Assembly: GCA_963705705.1 (NCBI GenBank)
Contig: CAVPKK010000001.1
Location: 39,421-103,420, forward strand
Direction: 5' to 3'
DNA from: an uncultured bacterium
GTDB taxonomy: Bacteria; Babelota; Babeliae; Babelales; JABCYS01
DNA length: 64,000 nucleotides
Each line of letters begins with the position of its first letter. Within the stretch, counting starts at the first letter, position 1. The notes below the pieces were generated by a model. The model did no database searches. It had not been told where the DNA came from and was given only the letters and a program-made list of their open reading frames with translations. Positions 49,750 through 59,895 of the stretch are shown one piece after another. Both the position numbers and the translations under genes were made by a program.

Positions 49750-51846
49750 TTATGCTTGATCCTTCTTCTCTTCGCATTCGCGTGAGAATTGTTCTAGACG
49801 TGCGCCATCAGCCAAGGCTCGCGCCCGTGTGACATCTCGCCTTCTTCTATCTTCTTGTGCTCGCATTGCTTGCCATTCTTCTTCATGTTCTGGCTCTTGC
49901 GGAGCTGCTGGTTGCAGCGCCACAGCCGGCATCTGGAGAGGCGCATTAGGTAGCAGTTGTTGAATAAAATCATGTAAAAGAGTTATTGCCTCAAAGAGTG
50001 TACTGACCTCAAAAATCTCTTCTCTCAGGGCAGGAATCTCTTTACTAATCCTCGTACGCCAAAGATCACTTACTTGAGCATTGCTGAAGTTACACAGTGA
50101 TGGTTGATATTCAAATCCTTTTAGACCTTCTATTTCCAATAATGAGTTGAGCTCACCCAACGCACGTTGTAGGTTGTCATCATATATCCGTCGCGCCCGC
50201 TCATCAAAGAAACTTAGACTCAATCTAAGTTTACCTCCTATGCGATCACGAAGATCTATATCCTCGCGTTTCCATAGTTGCGATAAACTTTGCAAAATTT
50301 CACGTATCAATGGGTAATATTCGGGAGCCCTATATGATAAGAAATCCCAATTCTGGCTAATCATCGGCAAACATATTGTTGATTTTTCATGCGCTAACGT
50401 GTCACGAATAAAATTAAGATGGTCAGTAGGGATAGCGAAATTCTTCCATATTGATTTTAGTGCTAATGCGGATGCTTGAATGCCTGGCACTGTATTTTGA
50501 TGATCAGTGAATAGATTGAAAGCATATTCTGTGCCATCAAATAATCGGTCCGGGAATCGAAATCGAAATCCGAAAATTTTATCATGCAGCCAATCAGCCA
50601 AATTAATGGTTCCCTCGGCAATAAGATCCGCCCGAGCAGACATATTCCAAATCATGCTATGCAATACCGAGCGTAACTTCTCTGCTGGCACTCGTTTCAG
50701 AATATCTTTAGAAATATCATCTAAACCATAAGTAGTAAGCGCGCAAATAAAACCAGGCAACATTCCAAGCAACGTTATACTGCCCACAACTCTTGGATGC
50801 CATAAGCCAACTACACTTGGTCCAAGTACTGGGAAAAGTAATTTCGGTTGTGCCACTAAAAGTTCACACATTTCACTATAGGCTTGGCTTTTACTCTGAA
50901 AATCTTCCTGACAAATGCGCTTATGACGCTTTTTTGCATTCAAATAGGCTTCAGCAAACCGCAATTCACAAAGCTTTCGCGCAGTCAAAGGTGCAGATGC
51001 TAAATGATAAAAACTTTTTGGGCGAATTTTTTTCACTACTTCATTCAATGTTGGAATAGTTTGACAGTCATCAATCTCGCTCAGGGTTGCAACAGAAGTG
51101 GCAAGTATTCGATACTCCGCCGACTCAACCGGAGAATTGACCGGATAGGGAACCTCAATAATGCAGCCCAGCTGATGCCCAATAATAAGTTCGCAGCTAG
51201 CCAAGTATGCACGCGCCAATGTTTGCGCATAGCTATTTTCTGTTTGAGCAGCCACCTCTTCAAGTAAAGTAACTCCTGCACGAACATTAATCTTGGATAA
51301 TTCAACGCCTTGTCCGAGAATTAACATTTGACCAAGTCGCAGCTTACCGATCCATTGCGCGGATCTATCATCTTTTTGGTCCATCAATTTTTTTGCTTCA
51401 GCCATAGCCTTTTCGTAATTCAAAGGCACACCCTCACCATTCAGAAAATTTTCCATCATTCGAGCGCGAGCAAATGTTTGTATGGTGCTTCCAGCAGAAT
51501 TGGCAACGAGTTGATAAAACTTTTTGGCGCTGTGCTTAAACTTCGATCGCACAATGCCATCCCGTTGGATCTCGGCACTGTGGCGATATGCTTCGGCAAG
51601 CTCAAGATAAATAGGGGCGGCAGCAATGTATGGTAATTGAGACGCATTGAGAGGTCTTATTGCGGTATGCAGCGGTTGTATTGAACCGCCAAACAAACTT
51701 GCGACAGCCTCAAGACCATCCTCTTCTTGGCGTTCGATATCAGTCATCATGCTTGGCGGAATCGCTGGAGCTTCAATTGCAGCCAGGCCAATCGGCAATG
51801 ATATAATCCCCATAAGGGTCAGAAATAGATTGGTGAACTTAGACAT
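49750..51846 (-). CDS. Secreted Sel1/TPR-like protein (array member 3)
   Basis: AAPIYLELAEAY, ARARMME.FL.GEGV..NYEKA, GKLRLGQMLILGQG; start set at ATG 51846 after GGAGG. Confidence 0.78.
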   Translation of the reverse strand: MSKFTNLFLTLMGIISLPIGLAAIEAPAIPPSMMTDIERQEEDGLEAVASLFGGSIQPLHTAIRPLNASQLPYIAAAPIYLELAEAYRHSAEIQRDGIVRSKFKHSAKKFYQLVANSAGSTIQTFARARMMENFLNGEGVPLNYEKAMAEAKKLMDQKDDRSAQWIGKLRLGQMLILGQGVELSKINVRAGVTLLEEVAAQTENSYAQTLARAYLASCELIIGHQLGCIIEVPYPVNSPVESAEYRILATSVATLSEIDDCQTIPTLNEVVKKIRPKSFYHLASAPLTARKLCELRFAEAYLNAKKRHKRICQEDFQSKSQAYSEMCELLVAQPKLLFPVLGPSVVGLWHPRVVGSITLLGMLPGFICALTTYGLDDISKDILKRVPAEKLRSVLHSMIWNMSARADLIAEGTINLADWLHDKIFGFRFRFPDRLFDGTEYAFNLFTDHQNTVPGIQASALALKSIWKNFAIPTDHLNFIRDTLAHEKSTICLPMISQNWDFLSYRAPEYYPLIREILQSLSQLWKREDIDLRDRIGGKLRLSLSFFDERARRIYDDNLQRALGELNSLLEIEGLKGFEYQPSLCNFSNAQVSDLWRTRISKEIPALREEIFEVSTLFEAITLLHDFIQQLLPNAPLQMPAVALQPAAPQEPEHEEEWQAMRAQEDRRRRDVTRARALADGARLEQFSRECEEKKDQA

Positions 51847-51874
51847 GTGATAACCTCCATTTAATAAAGTTATG

Positions 51875-53434
51875 CTAGTGTAACGGCTGTTCATCGCCTA
51901 AAACTACAGGCAATGATGCTCGATAATGGTCTCGCAGTTGTCGTATGAAATCATATAGATTTGCAGATTCGTCAACGATAGTGCGGGGAATCCAACCGCA
52001 ATGCTCGACAACCGGGGATAGCGAATGGGTTAAATTTTCTCCCATAACACTGAGCGACTCTGTTTGTGCTCTAACATCTGGAATTTCTAATAATGAAGTG
52101 AGCATATTAACACCGCGCTGAACATGATCGGGGCAAATACCCGCCATCAGGTCATGAAACAGTGCAATACTAAACGCCACGATAATTGATACTTTTTTTA
52201 TAATTGGGAAGGTTTCACAAATTTCTACAATACCATCGCAGGCTTGATAAAATTCGTGCTCCAAGTAGTCAGGCACCGCAGCAACCGTCAGAAAAGGATT
52301 TTCACCTTCTGGTAATAACATTACTTCTGGCCAGGTGCGGGCAAGCGTAGTTTGAGTAAAAGATGGTGCGTGTTCCTGAATAGCTCTGACACGCTTTAAA
52401 AATTCTTTATAACTCGATTCTGTCATCGGAATTGAAGGCATCATCAAAGAAATCATATGCATTTCATGGCACACATATGGGACTTCTTGTTGCGTTATAA
52501 GGCGATTGTAAAGTTGTATAGTCTGTTGTTTGGAAAATACACGGATTCCTGCCTGAGGTGGCCACAACTCCAAAGCCTTTTCATGCGCATAGATAAGTAA
52601 CCAATTGGCAATTATTTGAACGCTCAATGGTAACTGATGGATTGGTTCATCACGCAATGATTCAACGTGTGTTCCAATGATTTTTGCTTGTGCTAAATAA
52701 AGCTTCGGGTTGCATAATTGAGGTATTATATTTAAATATCGAGCCAATACTGCAATTTCTGGATGTTCAGAGTGCATAAGACGTAATGCTTTTTTTTGAG
52801 AGTACATTTTACCAATCAAAGCAATATATATTGATGCTAAGTCGCTGGTATATCGATTTTGCCGTTGCAAAACCATTCGTCTAAGTGTTTCAAGGCCTTC
52901 TGTAAAAGATTTTTGATCCAATTGCATGCCAAAACCAAGAGCTTGCATCTGACCTAGCCGCACCGTAGCAAGTTTATTAGCACTGCTATCTTGTTGTTGT
53001 TGTGATAATGATTTTGCAGCATTTAATGCTTTTTCATGATCTTTAGGAACGCCCAAGCCAAGCAAACAACTTTCCATCATACGTGCACGTGCAAAACGAA
53101 AATATGGGTTGTCGGCTTTATTATTTCCAGCACAACCAATGCGGCCATACCACAAATAAGCTAATTTATAACTTTCTTGCGCATCCTGATTATTGAATCT
53201 AGTTTCTATACGGGAAATGTTGTTTTTTATCAAAGCCTCTGCTTCTTGATGATATGCTTCAGCAAGAGCAAAATATATTGGCGCAGCCTGTATTGGTACC
53301 AGTGTATTTACATCAACTTCCAACCGTTTCTCTTTCTTCGGTGAAGCAGATGAAGATGCCGACAAGGCATTCATTTGGGCAGTAATTACTAATGCACATA
53401 CTGTTAAGGCAAATTTTATTTGCATCGATTTCAT
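51875..53434 (-). CDS. Secreted Sel1/TPR-like protein (array member 4)
   Basis: AAPIYFALAEAY, ARARMMES.LLG.GVPKDHEKA, VRLGQMQALG; start set at ATG 53434 after GGAG. Confidence 0.78.
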   Translation of the reverse strand: MKSMQIKFALTVCALVITAQMNALSASSSASPKKEKRLEVDVNTLVPIQAAPIYFALAEAYHQEAEALIKNNISRIETRFNNQDAQESYKLAYLWYGRIGCAGNNKADNPYFRFARARMMESCLLGLGVPKDHEKALNAAKSLSQQQQDSSANKLATVRLGQMQALGFGMQLDQKSFTEGLETLRRMVLQRQNRYTSDLASIYIALIGKMYSQKKALRLMHSEHPEIAVLARYLNIIPQLCNPKLYLAQAKIIGTHVESLRDEPIHQLPLSVQIIANWLLIYAHEKALELWPPQAGIRVFSKQQTIQLYNRLITQQEVPYVCHEMHMISLMMPSIPMTESSYKEFLKRVRAIQEHAPSFTQTTLARTWPEVMLLPEGENPFLTVAAVPDYLEHEFYQACDGIVEICETFPIIKKVSIIVAFSIALFHDLMAGICPDHVQRGVNMLTSLLEIPDVRAQTESLSVMGENLTHSLSPVVEHCGWIPRTIVDESANLYDFIRQLRDHYRASLPVVLGDEQPLH

Positions 53435-53447
53435 TTCATAACTCCAC

Positions 53448-55031
53448 TTAATCTGCCAACTGTGATGCTGATTCATCATTATCAATTTCTTTAACATAGG
53501 GAGCCAAAGCTTGAAAATGGTCGCGGATACGCGCAATGCCAATTGTTACACTCGTAATGTCTTCCAAGCTCACATTCGGGAAATCGTGAGATAATCTGTT
53601 AATCACGGATGTAGTGCTTTCCTCAGGTTCGTTCGCCCAATATTCTGCCAACCCTTCAGTTGCTAAATAATCATTAAGCGCGATTACAGACATAGCGTAA
53701 TAGTCCGGATCATTAGTTTCTCGTGCGACATCGGCATAGCACAATGCTAAGAAATAAAAAATTATTTTTGTACTAAGGTTAAGCTGAGGCTGGAAAACCT
53801 TCTGATGTATGCTGCGCAAGGCGGCAATGTATTCTGGTATAAGATCCAACTCGTCGGCTATAGCAGGTAAATTTTTGATCATTATAAATCTTTTACCGAT
53901 GAGAGAAGTAAATATTGTATTTTCTTCTTTATGTACTAATCGAACAAAAGTAAACATTGATTTAACATTACAGAAATCGCGCAGCGCCATGAATTTCGAT
54001 ACAAGACCGAGTGTTCGTAGGAGAGGTATGTCATGTTGCACTCCTAACTCAAAGAATTTTGGATTCATTAATGAATGCAATTCTCCTAAAAAAATCTCAG
54101 GATAATTAAGTTCATCATCTTGTATCAGCCATGTACCCGCCATTCGTCCGACAATAGTACCTAATAAATTGCCCAGCAATTTTGCTTCACGCGGCGCCTT
54201 AACAGTATCAAGCCGTCGCATGTCTACAAGCAGTGTTATATATTCTTTAATACTATCGCACTTCATAGCTCGATCGACCAAGCGTATATAATCCAGCAAC
54301 ATTTTTGCTTCTGGAATAACAACTTGTTCATCTGATGGCAATGTAATTTTATAAAAATTTTTACCGGTATGGGGAAAGATAGTTTGGCGATTATCTGCCG
54401 ACGCTGTTTCTATTATTGGCTTTTGTTCATCGCCTAGTAGTTTCTTCAACAGTTTGAAACTTGAGATATAAGCCAATGCCAGTTGCTGAGCTCGTATATT
54501 ATCTGTTTGGCTTGCAACAGCCGTTAGATCTGCATACCCCTTACATGAAATAGAATTGCCAGTAAGCGAATAGGCATCAAAGCATCTAAGCAGGCCTACG
54601 CGAAGTTGGCCTAACCACTTGGATGATAGGTCATCATGTTGATTGCGCAATCTGATCGCTAAAGCTAAGGCGGTTGCATAATCCTGTTCAACGCCTTCCC
54701 CATGGCGATAGCACGCCATCTTTTCTGCCTGGGCCGGCCACACGAAAGCATGCCTATCATTACCCTCGCCTTGTGCATTGGCAAGCTCAGCATATCGCTT
54801 AAAAGCTACACGAAGCGCGGCTTCCTTTGCCTTTGGATTTCTGAAGGATTGAGCCTGTTCATGCAATTCTGCGGCATATTGGAAATATATTGGCGCGGCT
54901 ATAACAGCAGGCAGCTTGGTGATATCTAACTTCCCTAAAGTGGATGCCGCACATGACGAAGTTGCAGCAAGCTGGCCGAAGGCCAGAGAAGCCGAAAGCA
55001 ATAGAATTGATGCGGATAGTGAAGATGGCAT
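53448..55031 (-). CDS. Secreted Sel1/TPR-like protein (array member 5)
   Basis: AAPIYFQYA, CYRHGEGVEQDYATA, KWLGQLRVG, AQQLALAY. Confidence 0.75.
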   Translation of the reverse strand: MPSSLSASILLLSASLAFGQLAATSSCAASTLGKLDITKLPAVIAAPIYFQYAAELHEQAQSFRNPKAKEAALRVAFKRYAELANAQGEGNDRHAFVWPAQAEKMACYRHGEGVEQDYATALALAIRLRNQHDDLSSKWLGQLRVGLLRCFDAYSLTGNSISCKGYADLTAVASQTDNIRAQQLALAYISSFKLLKKLLGDEQKPIIETASADNRQTIFPHTGKNFYKITLPSDEQVVIPEAKMLLDYIRLVDRAMKCDSIKEYITLLVDMRRLDTVKAPREAKLLGNLLGTIVGRMAGTWLIQDDELNYPEIFLGELHSLMNPKFFELGVQHDIPLLRTLGLVSKFMALRDFCNVKSMFTFVRLVHKEENTIFTSLIGKRFIMIKNLPAIADELDLIPEYIAALRSIHQKVFQPQLNLSTKIIFYFLALCYADVARETNDPDYYAMSVIALNDYLATEGLAEYWANEPEESTTSVINRLSHDFPNVSLEDITSVTIGIARIRDHFQALAPYVKEIDNDESASQLAD

Positions 55032-55110
55032 TGATTTCCTTCCATTTAGACCTAAACCAAGGTGCCATAATACTTCTATTTGTCAAAAGGTTGCGGGGTA
55101 AAATGGGCAT

Positions 55111-55136
55111 AAAAAAAGGGCCCGGAAGGGCCCTTT
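55111..55136 (-). terminator. Intrinsic terminator
   Basis: Minus strand AAAGGGCCC-TTCC-GGGCCC followed by a T run, just after the small ORF at 55153. Confidence 0.8.
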
Positions 55137-55152
55137 AGGTCGGAATTACCAA

Positions 55153-55473
55153 CTAGCTTAATTTACTATGGTCCGCCCCGTTCATCTGCATCTGCCGAAG
55201 GGCAGTAATCACCTCATTTTCAGGTGAATAAATGTATTGGTCCATCATTTGACGCATATGCTGGATAAACGCCAATTTTTGTTGCTCGGCGTTTTGGGTT
55301 TCTTGTGCGGGCTGTTTCGTTGCGGCAAGCATTGGGGCAAGGCATCGTGGCTGCAATTTTGGCCTTTTAGGTACATTTGGACTTGCTTTAAGTAGCGGGG
55401 CACTGCTGCACAGTATGAGGGCGGTAATGGTAGTTAGTAGAAAATTAGGGACAGTGCATTTCGATGTGTTCAT
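55153..55473 (-). CDS. Small secreted hypothetical protein
   Basis: Same AATGGAGCGT upstream motif as the array genes; signal-like leader; PKRPKL basic motif; followed by a terminator. Confidence 0.62.
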   Translation of the reverse strand: MNTSKCTVPNFLLTTITALILCSSAPLLKASPNVPKRPKLQPRCLAPMLAATKQPAQETQNAEQQKLAFIQHMRQMMDQYIYSPENEVITALRQMQMNGADHSKLS

Positions 55474-55643
55474 CGTACGCTCCATTTAAGTTAATTTTGA
55501 AAATACATAACAATCCTATTTTGACAAAATTATCTTATGCGTCAACTTTTTTTTACTTATAAAATAATCGAAAAACTATTGCATTTATGCTTGGGCTTGT
55601 GTTTAACTTACATGATAACCTTCCATAAACCCAAGGAATAACC

Positions 55644-56332
55644 ATGGTATATCTACGTTTATTTGTTACTGTTTTTTTGCTAGCTCAAACAATTATATTA
55701 AGCGCAACCGGGCAACCAGCTGCAAAACAAGCGCCAAAAAAAAATACATCAGCGCAACGATTGCCATTTCTGCCAGAGGGTTTAAATCGTTGGAAGATGC
55801 ATACGATGAAATCGCTCAGAATAATTTGAAACAGATGAAACTGGCCGCAACTGCCGTTCCTCAAGCGAAATATCACATGACCATTGCCGGCTTTGATATT
55901 GAAGTTGCGCCTAATCTTTCCCAGAAGCAAAAAACCGCGCTCGCTAAAGAAATCGATGATGCTATGACTAAAGCAGCTAATGATGCTATTCGCAAAACAC
56001 TAAAAGCACTCAACAAAAAACCAATTGTGTTGCCATTCGAGCAAGTTGAAATAATGAAAAAATGGATTTTGGCGATTTTCGCATCGACCAAAGATATTGA
56101 AATAGTGGCTAAAAAAACCAATGCCTATTTTAAAAACAACATTGCGCATCTTGTTAAAAATGGCACTATCACCGCCATAAAGACACAGCAAAAAGTGATT
56201 AAGCCACACGTGGGACTAGCAAAGATAACTGATCCATCATTTGCCGGAACTGCTCTTATTCCTAAAACACCGGTTGCTGATTTTCATATTAGCAGGCCAG
56301 AAGCATTTGTAAGTGTTCAATGGCGGTCATAA
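55644..56332 (+). pseudogene. Secreted hypothetical protein split by a frameshift at an A9 tract
   Basis: Signal-peptide ORF 55644..55829 joins the 55790..56332 frame if the A9 run at 55736-55744 is A10 (...APKKKYISATIAISARGFKSLEDAY...). Confidence 0.6.
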
Positions 56333-57814
56333 ATTGTTTTTTTGCCAATAATCACGTAAAAATTGCAAACCATTTGCAATGCCGCCAGCGGCCAGCCCAT
56401 GGAGCTCTGATCTTTGTAAGGCCATAGTTGCAAAAGTGTAGCGCAATGAAGATGCATATTTCTCTATAAGATCCTCATCTTGTACCGCAAGTAAATCATC
56501 GAGCACGGTAATAAGATACGATGAAAAAGGATTTTTATCCTTGGTAGTACCAAATGCGAGATAATTGTTAGCGAGAAGTGCTAATCCGGTTATTCTTTTT
56601 CTTATATCTATTTCATCATTAGTAAATATCGTTCTAATGTTATTTAATACTCGATTGAGAAGCCACGAGTATTGTGATTCAAGAATTGTTTTTTCATAGG
56701 GCAGCACAGAATTGAGAAAAATTTGTGCGAGGCGAAACCGTAACTCAGGCGATGCAAGTTGATCAATCTCGAATAAAAAGTTCAAGCATTTGGGCATATG
56801 CTCTCGCTCTATAATTTCAGAGTATTGCATGCAAATGGCCATATTTTGCAGAAGTGGTACCGTATTTTGTAGGCATAGTTCATATAACAAATGATCCGAT
56901 TTCTTAATAGAATTTTGATAAGCTTCCATTATATCGTTTTGCAGGGAACTATCGCGTACTGCTGAACTTACTTTACGACCTATATCCGTGTGCATTCGCG
57001 AATGGAATTCCTCATATTTTTCTTCCACAGGCTCCAACACAACGCCACATTTGCCGAAGTGCTGAAATACATCGTGCATCAATATTCTTTTTAAAAGCTC
57101 AGCTTGATATAAAAAATTATTAAGCAGAATCTGCGCGGTAGGCGATATAGTTTGCGCTTTCAATTTTTCCAGACGGTTCATCAATTCTGGCAAATCAAAC
57201 AAGTTTTGACAGCGGCGCATTCGCTGCACAATTTGTGCGCCTTGGGCAATAGTCAAAGCTTCTGATGATTTAGAATTACTGCACATCACGATAGTAGGCC
57301 CGGCCGAAAGAAGAGCATTGCGAATGCCGCTGCCTTTTTCAATCATTTCTTGTGTTGCCAAATATGCATGCGCTAACATTTTTGCTTTTTTGTCAGGTGA
57401 ACTTTGAGCAACTGCACGTAGCAGTTTTTCTCCATGCTCCTTACAAATGTGTAATGGCATGCCCTGGCCGAAACAAAGCATCTGCCCCTGGCGCATTCTG
57501 GCAAGCCAGCTGCATGGTGAATCTGCATGCGCAACGTGGGCATACAGCTCATGTGCCATTTTGAATAACGGATTCTGCTCCCCGCCAACCTTTAGTTCTG
57601 ACGCCTGGTTATGGCAAGCTTCGGCAATCCAAAAAAGTTTTGCCGCCGATGCTGGGTCTCTAAGTTTGATGATGCCAGATGTGCGGGTATTGCCCTCATC
57701 CTCGCGTTCGACAATAATTCCCAGCTGATTCTGTGGTGTCATTTGAGACGAGAACAAGAATGATTGCCACATGATACTAACAATCAAAAAATGCCTGCGC
57801 ATCGTTAACATCAT
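56327..57814 (-). CDS. Secreted Sel1/TPR-like protein (array member 6)
   Basis: WLARMRQGQMLCFGQG, L..VAQ, AKMLAHAYLA; AATGGAGCGT upstream. Confidence 0.75.
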   Translation of the reverse strand: MMLTMRRHFLIVSIMWQSFLFSSQMTPQNQLGIIVEREDEGNTRTSGIIKLRDPASAAKLFWIAEACHNQASELKVGGEQNPLFKMAHELYAHVAHADSPCSWLARMRQGQMLCFGQGMPLHICKEHGEKLLRAVAQSSPDKKAKMLAHAYLATQEMIEKGSGIRNALLSAGPTIVMCSNSKSSEALTIAQGAQIVQRMRRCQNLFDLPELMNRLEKLKAQTISPTAQILLNNFLYQAELLKRILMHDVFQHFGKCGVVLEPVEEKYEEFHSRMHTDIGRKVSSAVRDSSLQNDIMEAYQNSIKKSDHLLYELCLQNTVPLLQNMAICMQYSEIIEREHMPKCLNFLFEIDQLASPELRFRLAQIFLNSVLPYEKTILESQYSWLLNRVLNNIRTIFTNDEIDIRKRITGLALLANNYLAFGTTKDKNPFSSYLITVLDDLLAVQDEDLIEKYASSLRYTFATMALQRSELHGLAAGGIANGLQFLRDYWQKNNL

Positions 57815-57954
57815 AACGCTCCATTAGTAAATCTTGATGGTGAATGATGTAAGTCTACGTAATTTGATTGATCTGCCAAGCAATAAAAAATAAGCAGGCC
57901 CAAGTTATTAAACTCAGACCTGCCAATTAAATTCCTAGGTAAATGCTACTGTTA

Positions 57955-59604
57955 TTAGGTATTAATTGTCCTGGTTATCCCATCGACGTTTTCCAATCTG
58001 CCAACACCCGCAATACCGCTACCGACAACTACAACATTGGGAATAGGCCATAAAATTGGATTGTCCGAGTAATAATTAGTGTCATTATTGGTTGAATCAT
58101 TACCAAACCATGCATTATCAGCCGGGGTATAAAACAAAGGATTCGTTGTAGAAACTAACTGGGCGGCACTTGTAGTACCAGCAGTTTGCGCAAATCCAAC
58201 AATACAATCATTGGCATAGTTATTGAAAATTTGACAGTTTTGACAGCCGGCTACAGTAAACCCGGTAATACAATCAACCGCCAAGCATTCTCGTACGGAT
58301 GAATCGGCTTGAAAATTAAGTATGAAACCACAGCCAGCGCCTAAGTCTGAAGGAGGGAATACTCCGGAATTTACGCCGAGAACCGTGCATTCTTCCCAAA
58401 TATTTCTATAGCCTTCAATGCTTGCAAAACCACTACTCGCATGGCCACTGGTCACTGGTATTACTCCGTGCTCAGCAGCACAACGTTGGAATAGGGCATG
58501 GTGAACAAAATCGCAATCAAAACCAGAAGAAGCGCAATTTTGAGCTGTGCAATCTTCTATGCGTGCAAAGCCGGTTCCGGCGAATTGAAATCCTTTTAAT
58601 CCGCCCATACCAATGCAGCTATTTACATACAAGTCAGTAATGAATCCAAGGTAAAAACCAGCACTTGATGCTTCGCCAAAACCAATATCGCCTAATGGTT
58701 CGAGTTTCATTATGGAGTTTCGGCAACTTACAAATGCCGCATTTTCAATATCCACACCATTTTTAGCAATAGTGCTAGTGCCAATACAGTTATTAATATC
58801 GATATATGATGAAGTGGTACCAAGATCGGTCCAGAAGAAAATACCGCCACCCCTATAGCGAATTGGAGCAAATGACGGGCCAGCATCGTAACCGCATTGA
58901 TAAAACTGGCAATTATTAATCGTTGATTGGTTGGTAACTCCTACGCTGCCAATGCCAATATAGCATCTATCAAAAAGCATATTCTCTATGACAATGTCGC
59001 GTGTTCCTTGCAGACCAACACCTAACGAAGAAAGTGGGTTAACAAGATCAAATGGCGTATAGAATGAAGCGGTAGTTACTTGCTCTAATAATGCTGCTGA
59101 AATAGTAGTATTTGAATCAAGAGAAAGCTTGATATTTCCGACAGGTGCATTTGATGCCTTGAATGCAACATTTGGAGTCTTTGTGTTTAATATAGATCCA
59201 TTTCTAATTTGGACGGTTTCAGCGTTTTGTACGATGATACCACTACCACCTTGGAATTGTAGATCAATTGACTGCCCATTTAGATCAAGATCAACATCTG
59301 ATGATAAAATCGTAATGGCAGCTCCTGCACCATCCCATGTAAGGTGCTGTGCTACGCTATATTTGCCAGGGAAATTAATAGTTAAAGGAATATCGCATTG
59401 CGTAATAACAATGCCACTACCAGCACCAGCTGCTGCTAGTGCAATTTCATCGCGGAAGCATAATGAAAATGGAAAAATTTCTATATCGGGCCGACACGAG
59501 CTTTTAGCCAACACCGGTGACGCCAATGAGATTGCTAGGATAAGAGAGTTGAAAGCAAAAATTGCTTGTTTGCCGACAAATCGGCTCTTCGTACGAATAT
59601 GCAT
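57955..59604 (-). CDS. Secreted right-handed parallel beta-helix (pectin-lyase-fold) protein
   Basis: I..PG.Y.V, AITI.SSDV.LDLNG..I, V.IRNG.I and periodic x-I-x-N/E-C repeats; start set at ATG 59604 after AAGGAG. Confidence 0.78.
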   Translation of the reverse strand: MHIRTKSRFVGKQAIFAFNSLILAISLASPVLAKSSCRPDIEIFPFSLCFRDEIALAAAGAGSGIVITQCDIPLTINFPGKYSVAQHLTWDGAGAAITILSSDVDLDLNGQSIDLQFQGGSGIIVQNAETVQIRNGSILNTKTPNVAFKASNAPVGNIKLSLDSNTTISAALLEQVTTASFYTPFDLVNPLSSLGVGLQGTRDIVIENMLFDRCYIGIGSVGVTNQSTINNCQFYQCGYDAGPSFAPIRYRGGGIFFWTDLGTTSSYIDINNCIGTSTIAKNGVDIENAAFVSCRNSIMKLEPLGDIGFGEASSAGFYLGFITDLYVNSCIGMGGLKGFQFAGTGFARIEDCTAQNCASSGFDCDFVHHALFQRCAAEHGVIPVTSGHASSGFASIEGYRNIWEECTVLGVNSGVFPPSDLGAGCGFILNFQADSSVRECLAVDCITGFTVAGCQNCQIFNNYANDCIVGFAQTAGTTSAAQLVSTTNPLFYTPADNAWFGNDSTNNDTNYYSDNPILWPIPNVVVVGSGIAGVGRLENVDGITRTINT

Positions 59605-59895
59605 TATGATACTCCTTGCGCATATGCGCAATTTATCGCCGCATGCCTTTATCGCAGCCCAATGAGATCTTGCGATGAAATAATGCGACATTGATATAAA
59701 GAACATTTCCTATTGCCCGCTGCAGCAAAAAATTGTTTGCCAGATTTGATTCTATGCTTTTTAGAATATAGACATGATGCATAAATAGAATCTCAACTTT
59801 TTACTTCGTAAGATATACCATTACTAAACTCACACGGCAAGGATGGGATAAAAATCGATCAAAGGTTATATAGGTTGTGCGCCTTCTGATTATTT

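Noticed and set aside
55115..55136. CCGGAAGG resembling the SRP RNA loop
   Set aside because: It is a perfect GC stem with a T tract, better explained as a terminator
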